Source: Candidatus Tepidifontimicrobium thermophilum | GTDB taxonomy: Bacteria; Sysuimicrobiota; Sysuimicrobiia; Sysuimicrobiales; Sysuimicrobiaceae | Length of the DNA stretch: 64,000 bases | Reading direction: 5' to 3' | Assembly: GCA_031459915.1 (NCBI GenBank) | Contig: JAVKHO010000001.1 | Location: 120,840-184,839, forward strand | In this document: in pieces, positions 1 through 9,223 of the stretch | Layout: each line of letters opens with the position of its first letter | Position numbering within the stretch: position 1 is the first letter of the stretch | Made by a program: the position numbers and the translations under genes | Notes under the pieces: generated by a model | Seen by the model: the letters and a program-made list of their open reading frames with translations, nothing else | Told to the model about the DNA's origin: nothing | Databases searched by the model: none

Positions 1-4
1 CCGA

Positions 5-568
5 GTGCGGGTGGTGCCCCGCTCGCAGTTGCGTGAGGAACCAGCGGACGCCCAGACCCTGGCGGCGGCCACGGAGATGGCCCGCACCCTGGTCAGCAAG
101 ATGGGGTTTTCCGCGTCGGTGCTGGCCCATGCCACCGAACGGGGGCTGTTCGTGGACGTCCGGGGGGAGGACCTGGGCCTGCTGATCGGACGCAGGGGTC
201 AGGGCATCGAGGCCGTGGAGACGGTCCTGACGGCGATGGTGCACCAGGCCACGGGGTCTCGCGCGGAAGTGGAGGTGGACATCGGGGGTTACCGCGCCCG
301 GCGGCGGCAGCACTTGGCGGAGCTGGCCCGACGGGCGGCCAGGAGGGCTGTGGCGCAGGGCAAGCCGGTGCACCTGCCGCCCATGGACTCCCGTGAAAGG
401 CGCGTGGTCCACTCCGAGCTGGCCGGCGACCCCAAGGTGACCACCCGCAGCGAGGGCACAGGCGACAGCCGGCACGTGGTGGTGGAGCCCGCGGCGGGCC
501 AGCAGCACGCTAGAAGGCCCCAGAGGAAGCCGGTCGGGCGCGCCTGGCAGCAGCGCCGTGGACCTTGA
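5..568 (+). CDS. jag: Jag/KhpB-like RNA-binding protein with KH and R3H domains; the 5' end probably continues upstream of the window.
   Basis: The translation has a Jag-type C-terminal R3H region (RRVVHSELAG...KVTTRSEGTGDSRHVVV). It sits immediately upstream of rsmG-parAB, the conserved position for jag. The ORF opens at the window edge with GTG. Confidence 0.7.
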   Translation: MRVVPRSQLREEPADAQTLAAATEMARTLVSKMGFSASVLAHATERGLFVDVRGEDLGLLIGRRGQGIEAVETVLTAMVHQATGSRAEVEVDIGGYRARRRQHLAELARRAARRAVAQGKPVHLPPMDSRERRVVHSELAGDPKVTTRSEGTGDSRHVVVEPAAGQQHARRPQRKPVGRAWQQRRGP

Positions 569-1166
569 GGAGGCCTGTCGGGCTTTAGGCCTTCAGCTTC
601 CGGAAAGTCAGCTGGCCGTCTTGCGGCGTTACCTGGACCTCCTCGTGCAGTGGAACCGCAAGCTGGATTTGGTAGCCCCTGCGGCTCCGGACCAGCTGCT
701 CAGGGCCCACGTGCTGGACAGCCTCCTGCTGCTGGCTATGATCCAGCCCCCGCAAGGGGGGGCCGTGGCGGACGTGGGTAGCGGTGCGGGACTGCCTGGA
801 GTGGTGTGGGCGGTGGCCAGGCCGGACCTGTGGGTATTGCTGCTGGAGCCCAGGCGGAAGCGGGCGGCCTTCCTGGAGCGTGTGACGCTCGAGTTGAAAC
901 TAGCAAACGTGCAGGTGGAGCCAGTCCGGGCGGAGCGTGCGGCCGCAAACCCGCAGTACGCGCGGCGGTTCCACGTGGTGGTGGCCCGGGCGGTGGCCGG
1001 GCCTCAGAGGTTTCTGCATCTGGCAGGCGGGTTGGTCAGGCCGGGAGGGGTGGTGGCAGTGCCTGTGGGGCCCGACACGGAGATCCTGCCTCCGTTCCGG
1101 GAGGTGCGTTGGCCCGTGCCATGGGAGCCCGGGAGGACGCGCAGGGTGGCGGTCGCTGTGGCCTGA
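558..1166 (+). CDS. rsmG: 16S rRNA m7G527 methyltransferase RsmG (GidB).
   Basis: SAM-methyltransferase glycine motif VADVGSGAGLPG. Length of about 200 aa and position before parAB both fit RsmG. GTG start overlaps the jag end. Confidence 0.85.
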   Translation: MDLEEACRALGLQLPESQLAVLRRYLDLLVQWNRKLDLVAPAAPDQLLRAHVLDSLLLLAMIQPPQGGAVADVGSGAGLPGVVWAVARPDLWVLLLEPRRKRAAFLERVTLELKLANVQVEPVRAERAAANPQYARRFHVVVARAVAGPQRFLHLAGGLVRPGGVVAVPVGPDTEILPPFREVRWPVPWEPGRTRRVAVAVA

Positions 1167-1178
1167 TGGCCTGACCAT

Positions 1179-1194
1179 TATTTCCCGGGAAATA
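1179..1194. promoter_or_regulatory. parS-like perfect 16-bp palindrome TATTTCCCGGGAAATA in the rsmG-parA intergenic region.
   Basis: Read directly from the sequence. It matches the canonical parS (TGTTTCACGTGAAACA) at 12 of 16 positions. A near-identical palindrome lies just after parB. Confidence 0.45.
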
Positions 1195-1264
1195 GAGACG
1201 GCGGGCGAGCCCTCTTCGAGCCCTCTTAGAGGACCCAGGGGCCCGGCAGCAGAAAAACCAAGTC

Positions 1265-2053
1265 GTGATCTTGGCGCTAGCCAACCAGAAGGGCGGGGTC
1301 GGTAAGACCACCACCGCGGTGAACCTGGGCGCCTACCTGGCCAGGGGGCGCTGGAGGGTGCTCCTCGTGGACCTGGACCCGCAGGGTAACGCCACAAGCG
1401 GACTGGGGGTACACCGGGACTACGTGAGGCTGTCCACCTACGACTGCTTGCTCCGAGGTGCCTCCGTCAAGCAGGCCGCCCTCCCTACCGAGCTTGATGG
1501 GTTGGACCTACTCCCCAGCAGCGTAGACCTGGCAGGCGCGGAGGTTGAGCTGGTGGACGCCCCGTCGAGGGAGACACGCGTCAGGGACGCCCTGGAACCC
1601 GTGAAGGGGAGCTACGACTGGATCCTCGTGGACTGCCCGCCTTCCCTCGGTCTTTTGACCGTGAACGCCCTGGCCGCCGCGGACGGGGTCCTTGTGCCCA
1701 TCCAGTGTGAGTTCTACGCTCTGGAGGGCCTGGCGCAGCTGGTACACACCGTGGAACTGGTCAAAAGGACCCTCAACCCCAGACTGCACGTGGCCGCGGT
1801 GGTCCTGACCATGTACGACCCTCGCACGAACCTGAGCGAGCAGGTCGCCGAGGAGGTCCGGCGCTACTTCGGGAGCTGCGTGGCCAGGACGGTCATTCCC
1901 CGGAGCGTGCGGCTGGCCGAGGCACCGAGCCACGGAAAGCCCGTGATGCTGTACGACCCCCACTCAAAGGGCGCCCGGGCGTACGAGGCCCTGGCGGAGG
2001 AGCTGGGGACCAAGCTGCGTCCCGTAGCAGGGGTCGCAGGGGGGGTGCGGTGA
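1265..2053 (+). CDS. parA: Chromosome partitioning ATPase ParA/Soj.
   Basis: Deviant Walker A motif KGGVGKTT near the N-terminus, about 260 aa, followed directly by parB. Confidence 0.9.
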   Translation: MILALANQKGGVGKTTTAVNLGAYLARGRWRVLLVDLDPQGNATSGLGVHRDYVRLSTYDCLLRGASVKQAALPTELDGLDLLPSSVDLAGAEVELVDAPSRETRVRDALEPVKGSYDWILVDCPPSLGLLTVNALAAADGVLVPIQCEFYALEGLAQLVHTVELVKRTLNPRLHVAAVVLTMYDPRTNLSEQVAEEVRRYFGSCVARTVIPRSVRLAEAPSHGKPVMLYDPHSKGARAYEALAEELGTKLRPVAGVAGGVR

Positions 2054-2910
2054 GCCCGCACCGGCCGCGTGGCCTGGGCAGGGGACTTGCAGCCCTGATC
2101 CCAGGGGCTGAAGTTCTCGCGCGCGAGGAACGGATCGAGTACCTCCCGCTGGACCGGGTAAGGCCCGGCAAAAACCAGCCCAGGAGTTCCCTCCCCGTGG
2201 AGGAGCTGGAGGAGCTCGCAGCGTCCGTTCGGGTGCACGGGATCCTGCAACCGATCGTGGTGAGGCCTTCCGGGGACGGCTACGAGATCGTGGCGGGTGA
2301 GCGCAGGTGGCGGGCGGCGGTCCTGGCGGGCCTGGCTACTGTGCCCGCGGTGGTCCGTCAGGTGGGCGAGCTGGAAAGCCTGGCCCTGGCCCTGGTGGAG
2401 AACCTGCAGCGACAGGATCTCAACCCCGTGGAGCGGGCAAGGGCCTACCGGAGGCTTGTGCAGGAGTTCGGCCTTTCCCAGCAGGAGATCGCGCGCCTGG
2501 TGGGCCGCAGCCAGCCCGCGGTGGCCAACACCCTGCGGCTGCTGTCCCTGCCCCAGGAGGTTCTGCAGGCGGTGGAAGAGGGTCAGCTTTCCGAGGCCCA
2601 CGCCCGCCTGCTCCTGGAGGTGGAGGACCCCGGGCGCCGGGTGGAGCTGGCGCGCCTGGCGGTGGCGCGCAGGCTGACCACCAGGGAGCTGGGACGGCTG
2701 GTGCGTCCGAAGAGCGGCCCTGCGCGCGCGCGGCGCGCAGGGCCGTCCAGCCCTGACCTTGTGGCTCTGGAGGAGGCTTTAAGCCAGCGCCTCGGGACCC
2801 GGGTACGGGTGCGGACCGGCCGCGGACGCGGGGTGGTGGAGATCGAGTTCTACTCCGACGACGACCTTTCCAGGATCTGCGAGCTGGTCCTGGGCGGCCC
2901 CCTGCCCTGA
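2050..2910 (+). CDS. parB: Chromosome partitioning protein ParB/Spo0J.
   Basis: ParB box GERRWRAA, a helix-turn-helix region, and a C-terminal dimerisation region. The GTG start overlaps the parA stop. Confidence 0.9.
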   Translation: MSPHRPRGLGRGLAALIPGAEVLAREERIEYLPLDRVRPGKNQPRSSLPVEELEELAASVRVHGILQPIVVRPSGDGYEIVAGERRWRAAVLAGLATVPAVVRQVGELESLALALVENLQRQDLNPVERARAYRRLVQEFGLSQQEIARLVGRSQPAVANTLRLLSLPQEVLQAVEEGQLSEAHARLLLEVEDPGRRVELARLAVARRLTTRELGRLVRPKSGPARARRAGPSSPDLVALEEALSQRLGTRVRVRTGRGRGVVEIEFYSDDDLSRICELVLGGPLP

Positions 2911-2914
2911 CCTG

Positions 2915-2930
2915 TATTTCTCGAGAAATA
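2915..2930. promoter_or_regulatory. parS-like perfect 16-bp palindrome TATTTCTCGAGAAATA, 5 nt downstream of the parB stop.
   Basis: Read directly from the sequence. It differs from the 1179..1194 palindrome only at the two central positions (CCGG versus TCGA). Confidence 0.45.
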
Positions 2931-2933
2931 GCC

Positions 2934-4151
2934 GTGAGGTCCGACCTCGACAGGCTGATGGAGGAAAGGGGCCTGGACGCCCTGGTGGTGGCGGGCAGGG
3001 CGGACGAGGCGAACATGCTGTACGTCCTGCGCGGGGTGGCCATCCCGGGGGCGATCTACGTGAAAAAGCGCGGCCATCCCGGGGTGCTGTGCCACGGGAC
3101 TATGGAGCGGGGGGAGGCCGAAAGGACTGGGCTGCGGACCCGCAACCTAGGGCTGTACGACTGGAAGGAGCTCTTGCAGAAGGCCGGAGGCGACCCCCTG
3201 GAGGCCAGGGTGCTGCTCTTCCAGCGCGTTTTCCAAGACGAGGACGTGCGGGGGAGGGTGGCCTTCTACGGCGAGGTGGACCAAGGGGTCGCGTACCGGT
3301 TCCTCGGCAGGCTCGCCGCCTGCCTGGAAGGTATTGAAGTCGTGGGGGAGTACGGCCGCAGCGTGCTGGCCGTGGCCCGGGAGACCAAGGACCCAGACGA
3401 GCTGGAGAAGATTCGGGAAGTGGGGGCCGCCACCCAGCGGGTGGTGCAGAAAACCGAGCAGTTCCTCCGCTCCTGCCCCGCCAGGGACGGCCTCCTGCAC
3501 AAACCGGACGGTAGCGTGCTGACCGTCGGGGACGTGAAGGCCAGGGTCCGGGTCTGGCTCGCTGAAGAAGGGCTGGAGGAGTCCGGCACCATCTTCTCTC
3601 AAGGTCGGGACGCCGGGCTCCCCCACTCCAGAGGCGACGACCGGGCTCCGGTGACCGCGGGGGTGCCCGTGGTGTTCGACATCTTCCCCAGGCCCTCAGG
3701 CGGCGGGTACCACTTCGACATGACCCGCACCTGGTGTGTGGGAAATCCCTCGGCGGAAGCGCTGCAGGTGTACCGGGACGTGTACGAGTGCTACGCGCGG
3801 GTGACAGAGGCCCTGCGCCCGGGGGTCCGGTGTGCGGACCTGCAAAGGATGGCGTGTGAGTTCTTCGAGTCGCGGGGACACCCCACGGTCTGTTCAGACC
3901 CTACCGCCCAGGTGGGCTACGTTCACAGTCTCGGGCACGGCCTGGGGCTGGACGTGCACGAGGAGCCCCGGCTTTCGGACCACCCCGGCAATGAGGCGGT
4001 TTTGCGGCCGGGTGTGGTGGTGACGGTGGAGCCGGGCCTGTACTATCCGGATCAGGGTATAGGGGTCAGGCTGGAGGACGTGTGGGCGATCACGGAGGAC
4101 GGGGCGGTAAATTTGGGCGGTTACCCCATGGACCTAGTGCTTAGGTCCTAA
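2934..4151 (+). CDS. M24 family Xaa-Pro aminopeptidase/dipeptidase.
   Basis: Creatinase-like N-terminal half and M24 metal-ligand signature HSLGHGLGLDVHEEP; about 405 aa. Confidence 0.8.
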   Translation: MRSDLDRLMEERGLDALVVAGRADEANMLYVLRGVAIPGAIYVKKRGHPGVLCHGTMERGEAERTGLRTRNLGLYDWKELLQKAGGDPLEARVLLFQRVFQDEDVRGRVAFYGEVDQGVAYRFLGRLAACLEGIEVVGEYGRSVLAVARETKDPDELEKIREVGAATQRVVQKTEQFLRSCPARDGLLHKPDGSVLTVGDVKARVRVWLAEEGLEESGTIFSQGRDAGLPHSRGDDRAPVTAGVPVVFDIFPRPSGGGYHFDMTRTWCVGNPSAEALQVYRDVYECYARVTEALRPGVRCADLQRMACEFFESRGHPTVCSDPTAQVGYVHSLGHGLGLDVHEEPRLSDHPGNEAVLRPGVVVTVEPGLYYPDQGIGVRLEDVWAITEDGAVNLGGYPMDLVLRS

Positions 4152-5392
4152 GTCTGGGCAGCGCCCAACCACTTCTCCTCTTCCCGCGCCTTGTAGAGGG
4201 CGCGGTCGGCCGCCCGAAGCAAGTCGTCCACAGTGGCCCCGTGCTCGGGGCAGCTGGCTACCCCCACGGTGACGTCCGCGCCCCGGAGCCCGTCGCCGGA
4301 CCACAGGGCCTGGTACAGAGACTCCGCCAGCGCCAGGGCTCCAGAAGACCCCGTACCCGGCAGCAGGAGAGCGAACTCGTCCCCCCCGAGGCGGAACGCG
4401 TAGTCGGTCCGGCGCATGCGCCGGCGCAGGACGTGGGCCACCCACTGCAGTACTGCGTCGCCGGCCTGGTGGCCCAGGGTGTCGTTGACCCGTTTGAAGT
4501 GACGCAAGTCCAGCAACACCAAGCTCACGGGGTCCCCGTAGCGGCGGTGCCGGGCCAGCTCCCGCTGCCCGATTTCCACGAACATGCGGCGGTTCAAAAG
4601 GTCCGTGAGGGGGTCGGTGGTGCTCAGGCGTTCCAGCTCCCGCGTGGCCTGCTCCAGGCGTGCGTGGAGGTCCCGGCTGGCCCGGTAGGCCTGGAGGGTC
4701 AGGCCCACCAACAGCCACACGGAAACGGTGAGGGCGAAAACGGGCACCCCACTCCGGTACGCCATAACAAGCAGCGCCGACATGGGCGCGTACACCGCGA
4801 CGCTGACGCCGAGCATCGGGCCCAGAACACCCGGCTGCAGGGTGGCCGGGTCTTTAGACTCGAAAAACCGCGCCACGGCGGCGGCAGGGGTGTTGATGAG
4901 GCCGTGCACCAGCCCCGCGGCCAGGAGAGCGGCCACGTCACGAGGGGCGGGTAGCTCGGGCAAGGGGCCACCCCACAGCCGCCAGAGGAGGCCGCCGGCC
5001 AGAAACATGGCAAGGGACGTGTTTCCGAAGAACACCGCCGCTCGCTGGGGGCTGACGCGGTGGACTAGCGGCAGAACCAGGGCGCAGAGGGCGTACAGAG
5101 GCGGCGCGGCCGTCCAGCCCAGCAGCCACACGGCGCCGAAGACGAAGGGGGCCTGCATGCCGAGGATCACCCCCGAGGGGAAGCGGATGACCACGGCGTT
5201 GCCCACGGCCGTGAGGGCAGCGAAGACGAGGAACGTCCGCGCGTCTGGGATCCGGGCCAGGTGCGGGAGGGCGGCGCCCAGCAGGACCAGGCCCACCGCC
5301 AGCCAACTAAGGGCGTAGGCCAGGTACACCCGGGGGGGCCCGGCACGGGTCGGAGGCAGGGTGGTTCCCATTCGTGTCCTCCGGTGGGGCAC
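4148..5392 (-). CDS. Diguanylate cyclase with a multi-pass membrane N-terminal domain and a GGDEF domain.
   Basis: Several hydrophobic helices, then GGDEF signatures (DPLTDLLNRR ... RLGGDEFALLLPG). The N-terminal start is uncertain; an alternative ATG lies at 5371. Confidence 0.8.
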   Translation of the reverse strand: MPHRRTRMGTTLPPTRAGPPRVYLAYALSWLAVGLVLLGAALPHLARIPDARTFLVFAALTAVGNAVVIRFPSGVILGMQAPFVFGAVWLLGWTAAPPLYALCALVLPLVHRVSPQRAAVFFGNTSLAMFLAGGLLWRLWGGPLPELPAPRDVAALLAAGLVHGLINTPAAAVARFFESKDPATLQPGVLGPMLGVSVAVYAPMSALLVMAYRSGVPVFALTVSVWLLVGLTLQAYRASRDLHARLEQATRELERLSTTDPLTDLLNRRMFVEIGQRELARHRRYGDPVSLVLLDLRHFKRVNDTLGHQAGDAVLQWVAHVLRRRMRRTDYAFRLGGDEFALLLPGTGSSGALALAESLYQALWSGDGLRGADVTVGVASCPEHGATVDDLLRAADRALYKAREEEKWLGAAQT

Positions 5393-5440
5393 TAGGCAAC
5401 TTCAGTGCCAGGATACGGACAAAACTCGGGAGGGAGCTTG

Positions 5441-5998
5441 GTGAAGCGGGACGAGGCTTACGCCCTGGTGTGCGAGTGGATCGGGAACCCGAACCTGCGC
5501 AAGCACCTTCTGGCGGTGGAGGCCTGCATGCGGGCGTACGCGCGCCGGTTCGGGGCTGACGAGGACGAGTGGGGGACCGTAGGCCTGCTGCACGACCTCG
5601 ACTACGAGCGCTACCCCTACGCGGGACCGGGCGGACACCCCTTCGTGGGCGTGGAGGAGCTGCGCCGGCGCGGGGTGCCCGAGCACTGGTGCAGGGCGAT
5701 CCTCTCCCACGCGGACTACAGCGGGGTGCCGCGCCAGACCCCCATGGAGAAGGCGCTGTTCGCGTGCGACGAGATCACGGGGTTCGTGGTGGCAGTAGCC
5801 CTGGTGAAGGGCCGGTCCCTCCGGAACGTGGACGTGGAGTCTGTCAAGCGCAAGATGAAGGACAAAGCGTTCGCGCGGGCGGTGAGTCGGGAAGACTTGG
5901 TGCGGGGCGCGGAGGAGCTGGGGGTACCCTTCGAGGACCACGTGAGCACCGTGCTGGAGGCCATGCGGGGCGTCGGGGAGGCCCTGGAGCTTGCTTAG
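5441..5998 (+). CDS. HD-domain metal-dependent phosphohydrolase.
   Basis: HD motif GTVGLLHDLDYERY with a downstream histidine-rich region. GTG start with a GGGAGG ribosome-binding site. The six-frame ORF opens at 5405. Confidence 0.65.
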   Translation: MKRDEAYALVCEWIGNPNLRKHLLAVEACMRAYARRFGADEDEWGTVGLLHDLDYERYPYAGPGGHPFVGVEELRRRGVPEHWCRAILSHADYSGVPRQTPMEKALFACDEITGFVVAVALVKGRSLRNVDVESVKRKMKDKAFARAVSREDLVRGAEELGVPFEDHVSTVLEAMRGVGEALELA

Positions 5999-7297
5999 TC
6001 ACCCCTCAGCTGCGGCCACCGGGAGTCCCTTTTCCCTGGCCCGGTACAGGGCGGCGTCCGCGGCGGCCACCAGCGCGTCCGGGTCCCGGCCGTGGTCAGG
6101 GAACGTGGCTACCCCAACGGTGGCCTCCAGGCGCGCACCGGGCGCGGAGTCCAGCCGGGTCCCGGCCAGGAGGTCGGTAATGGCCTCTGCCACGGTCAGG
6201 GCCCCCTGGGTGTCGGTGTCCGGAAGCAGCAGGGCGAACTCGTCCCCGCCGATGCGGAACGCCAGGTCGGAGCCGCGCAGCCGATCCCGGAATACCTCGG
6301 CGGCGCGCTGCAGAGCCCGGTCGCCCGCTTCGTGCCCGTAGGTGTCGTTGACGTGCTTGAGGCTGCGGAGGTCCACCACCAGAAGGCTGAGGGGCCGGCC
6401 GGTCCGGGCGTGCCTGTGCAGCTCCTTCGGGAGGACCTGCACGAAGTGCCTGCGGTTCCACAGCCCCGTCATGGGGTCTGTGACGGTGAGGCGCTCCAGT
6501 TCCCGCAAGGCTTCCTGCAGGCGCTCGTTGGCCCGCCGGGTCTCCGCCAGCCCCTTCATGGCCACTGCGGTCAGCAGCCACACGCCTACCGCCAGAAAGG
6601 CAGCTGCCGGTCCGGTCTGCAGGGCGAGGAGCAGAAGGTAGGCGAGCAGCACGTACCCGGAGAAGACCAGGGTGAGCCCCTCGAGGGCCTGACGGAGCTG
6701 CAGGACCCGGGCGTCCCCGGTGGCCAGGTAGCGGCCGAAGGCGGCCACGAGGAAGTTGCCCACAGTGAACACCCCGCCGGAGACCAGCACGGAGGCTAGC
6801 TCGGACCAGGTGGGCTGCGGGGAAGGGCCGGGCCGGAGGAGCGCGAAAAGGTTGCCGGCGGTAGCGGCCCACACGCAGCCGTTTCCGAAGTACAGGAGCG
6901 CACGGAGCGGATCCCCGCGGCTGTTGCGCAGCACGAGGGGCAGGGTGAGCAGGAACAGGGGTGGTGCGGCTTTCCAGCCGTACAGCCACACCGGTGCCAG
7001 GATGGCCTGAAGGCTCAAGCGCAGGCCGCCGGGCAGGTCCAGGACGAAGAACACGTGTCCGGACAGGGAGATCGCGGCGAACAGCAGGTACTCGGGAGGG
7101 AAGCGCGGGAGTGCGGGCGCGGACAGCAACACCAACACCACCCCCGCTCCGGCCCACGCGAGGGTGTACACTCGATACGCGCCGGGCCGCGCAACGCTAG
7201 ACCGAGGGACCACGGTCGTGGCCAACGGCAAACCTCCCGTGTGGGGTTCGCCCCCAGGCGTCCCCCACCGAGATGGAGCAAGCGAGGAGCCATCCAT
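5999..7297 (-). CDS. Diguanylate cyclase with a membrane domain and GGDEF, paralogous to 4148..5392.
   Basis: Same architecture as the first cyclase; GGDEF signatures DPMTGLWNRR ... RIGGDEFALLLPD. The true start is probably downstream of 7297, because the divergent decarboxylase starts at 7296. Confidence 0.75.
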   Translation of the reverse strand: MDGSSLAPSRWGTPGGEPHTGGLPLATTVVPRSSVARPGAYRVYTLAWAGAGVVLVLLSAPALPRFPPEYLLFAAISLSGHVFFVLDLPGGLRLSLQAILAPVWLYGWKAAPPLFLLTLPLVLRNSRGDPLRALLYFGNGCVWAATAGNLFALLRPGPSPQPTWSELASVLVSGGVFTVGNFLVAAFGRYLATGDARVLQLRQALEGLTLVFSGYVLLAYLLLLALQTGPAAAFLAVGVWLLTAVAMKGLAETRRANERLQEALRELERLTVTDPMTGLWNRRHFVQVLPKELHRHARTGRPLSLLVVDLRSLKHVNDTYGHEAGDRALQRAAEVFRDRLRGSDLAFRIGGDEFALLLPDTDTQGALTVAEAITDLLAGTRLDSAPGARLEATVGVATFPDHGRDPDALVAAADAALYRAREKGLPVAAAEG

Positions 7298-8735
7298 GAG
7301 AACACCCTTGGAAGTCGAACGTCAGTTCGCATCCTCTGCAGCGCGAGTGGTGGACTGGATCCAGGGGTACTTCGAGGACGCGGAGCGCTACCCGGTGCTG
7401 TCCCGAGCGCAGCCCGGACAGCTGCGCTCCGCGCTGCCAGCTTCACCCCCCTTCGAACCCGAGCCCTTCGAGGCGGTGTGGGAGGACTTCCAGCGCGTGG
7501 TGCTGCCCGCCGTGACCCACTGGAACCACCCCGCCTTCTTCGCGTACTTCGCCATCACCGGGTCCGCGCCAGGCGTGCTGGGTGAGATGCTGTCCGCGGC
7601 CCTGAACGTGAACGGGATGCTCTGGAGGACCTGCCCGGCGGCCACCGAGCTGGAGCAGGTGGCGCTGGACTGGCTCCGGCAGATGCTGGGCCTGCCCGAA
7701 CAGTTCGGGGTGATCATGGACACCGCCTCGGTGGCCACCCTGTGCGCGGTGGCCGCGGCGCGGGAAGCCCTGGGCCTCGACATCCGCACGCGCGGAATGG
7801 CGGGGCGGCCGGACCTCCCGCGGCTGCGCCTTTATACCTCCGAGCAAGCGCACTCCAGCGTGGAGAAGGCAGCCATCGTGCTGGGTCTGGGCCAGGAAGG
7901 CGTCCGCAAGGTCCCCACGGATGAGGACTACCGCATGCGGCCGGACGCCCTGGAAGACGCCATCCGGGAGGATGTCCGCGCCGGGTGGCGGCCAGTGTGC
8001 GTGGTGGCCACGGTGGGTACCACCTCCACCACCAGCGTGGACCCGGTGGACGAGATCGCCGCGGTGTGCGAACGGTACGGGGTGTGGTTGCACGTGGACG
8101 CGGCCTACGGCGGCGCGGCCGCGATCCTGCCGGAGATGCGGTGGGTGCTGCGGGGCTGCGAGCGGGCCGACTCCTTCCTCGTGAACCCCCACAAGTGGCT
8201 GTTCACCCCCATCGACTGCACCGCCTTCTACACCCGGCGCCCGGACGTCCTGCGCGGTGCGTTCAGCCTGGTGCCCGCTTACCTGCAGACGCCCGTAGCG
8301 GACGCGGTGAACTTCATGGACTACGGGATCCAGCTGGGACGCCGGTTCCGCGCTCTGAAGCTGTGGATGGTCATCCGCATGTTCGGGGTGCGGGGGCTGC
8401 AGGAGGCGTTGCGCGGCCACCTGGAGCTGGCCCGGCAGTTCGCGGACTGGGTGGACGCGTCCGAGGAGTTCGAGCGGGTGGCACCGGTCCCCTTTTCCAC
8501 CGTGTGCTTCCGGCACCGGGCTCCCGGACTGGCCGCAGAGGAGGCGAACCGGTTCAACGAGCGGCTGTTGGAGGCGGTCAACGCTACCGGCGAGGCGTAC
8601 CTGTCGCACACGGTCCTGCGCGGCCGGTATGTCCTCCGGCTGGCGGTCGGCAACCTGCGCACCCAGCTCCGGCACGTGCGCCGGTGCTGGGAGCTGCTCC
8701 AGGAACAGGCGCGGAAGCTGCAGGGCCTGCGGTAG
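7296..8735 (+). CDS. PLP-dependent group II decarboxylase (aromatic-L-amino-acid or tyrosine decarboxylase family).
   Basis: NPHKW pyridoxal-lysine motif and a family-typical N-terminal region (VVDWIQGYFEDAERYPV). Start taken at the internal ATG 7296 (MRTPLEVERQF) rather than the long upstream ORF. Confidence 0.8.
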   Translation: MRTPLEVERQFASSAARVVDWIQGYFEDAERYPVLSRAQPGQLRSALPASPPFEPEPFEAVWEDFQRVVLPAVTHWNHPAFFAYFAITGSAPGVLGEMLSAALNVNGMLWRTCPAATELEQVALDWLRQMLGLPEQFGVIMDTASVATLCAVAAAREALGLDIRTRGMAGRPDLPRLRLYTSEQAHSSVEKAAIVLGLGQEGVRKVPTDEDYRMRPDALEDAIREDVRAGWRPVCVVATVGTTSTTSVDPVDEIAAVCERYGVWLHVDAAYGGAAAILPEMRWVLRGCERADSFLVNPHKWLFTPIDCTAFYTRRPDVLRGAFSLVPAYLQTPVADAVNFMDYGIQLGRRFRALKLWMVIRMFGVRGLQEALRGHLELARQFADWVDASEEFERVAPVPFSTVCFRHRAPGLAAEEANRFNERLLEAVNATGEAYLSHTVLRGRYVLRLAVGNLRTQLRHVRRCWELLQEQARKLQGLR

Positions 8736-8760
8736 ACCGGTCCCGCGGGAGGGGTAGACC

Positions 8761-9204
8761 GTGGAAGGGCTTCGGGTGTTGGACTGGGCTCTGGTGTGTG
8801 CGGTCGGGGTGCTGGCGGCCGCGGTGGCCGTGCTGGGCCGCCGGACCGTACACCTGGCGCGCGGGGCGGACACGGACCGGTCCTCGGAGGATCAGGCCCG
8901 TGCCCTGCAGAGGCTCCGGGCGGACCTGGACGCGGCCCGGGCGGAGCAGGTGCATCTGGCGGAGCAGTTGGCGCGGTGCGTGCAGCGGGTGGGCATGGTC
9001 CGCTACGACGCCTTCCAGGAGTCCGGGGGCCGGCTGTCGTTCAGCCTGGCGTTGCTGGACGGGCGGGGTGACGGGGTGGTCCTGAGCGTGCTGCACGGCC
9101 GGGACGGCTCGTACGCGTACGCCAAGGCCCTCCGGGACGGCAAGCCCTCCCACCCCCTCTCGGAGGAAGAACGCCAGGCGGTGGCTCAGGCCATGGGAGG
9201 CTGA
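8761..9204 (+). CDS. DUF4446-like protein with an N-terminal transmembrane helix and a coiled-coil.
   Basis: The 147-aa sequence resembles the DUF4446 family often found near parAB (recognition from memory). High third-position GC supports coding. Confidence 0.55.
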   Translation: MEGLRVLDWALVCAVGVLAAAVAVLGRRTVHLARGADTDRSSEDQARALQRLRADLDAARAEQVHLAEQLARCVQRVGMVRYDAFQESGGRLSFSLALLDGRGDGVVLSVLHGRDGSYAYAKALRDGKPSHPLSEEERQAVAQAMGG

Positions 9205-9223
9205 GTCGCCGCGGGTACAGGAG

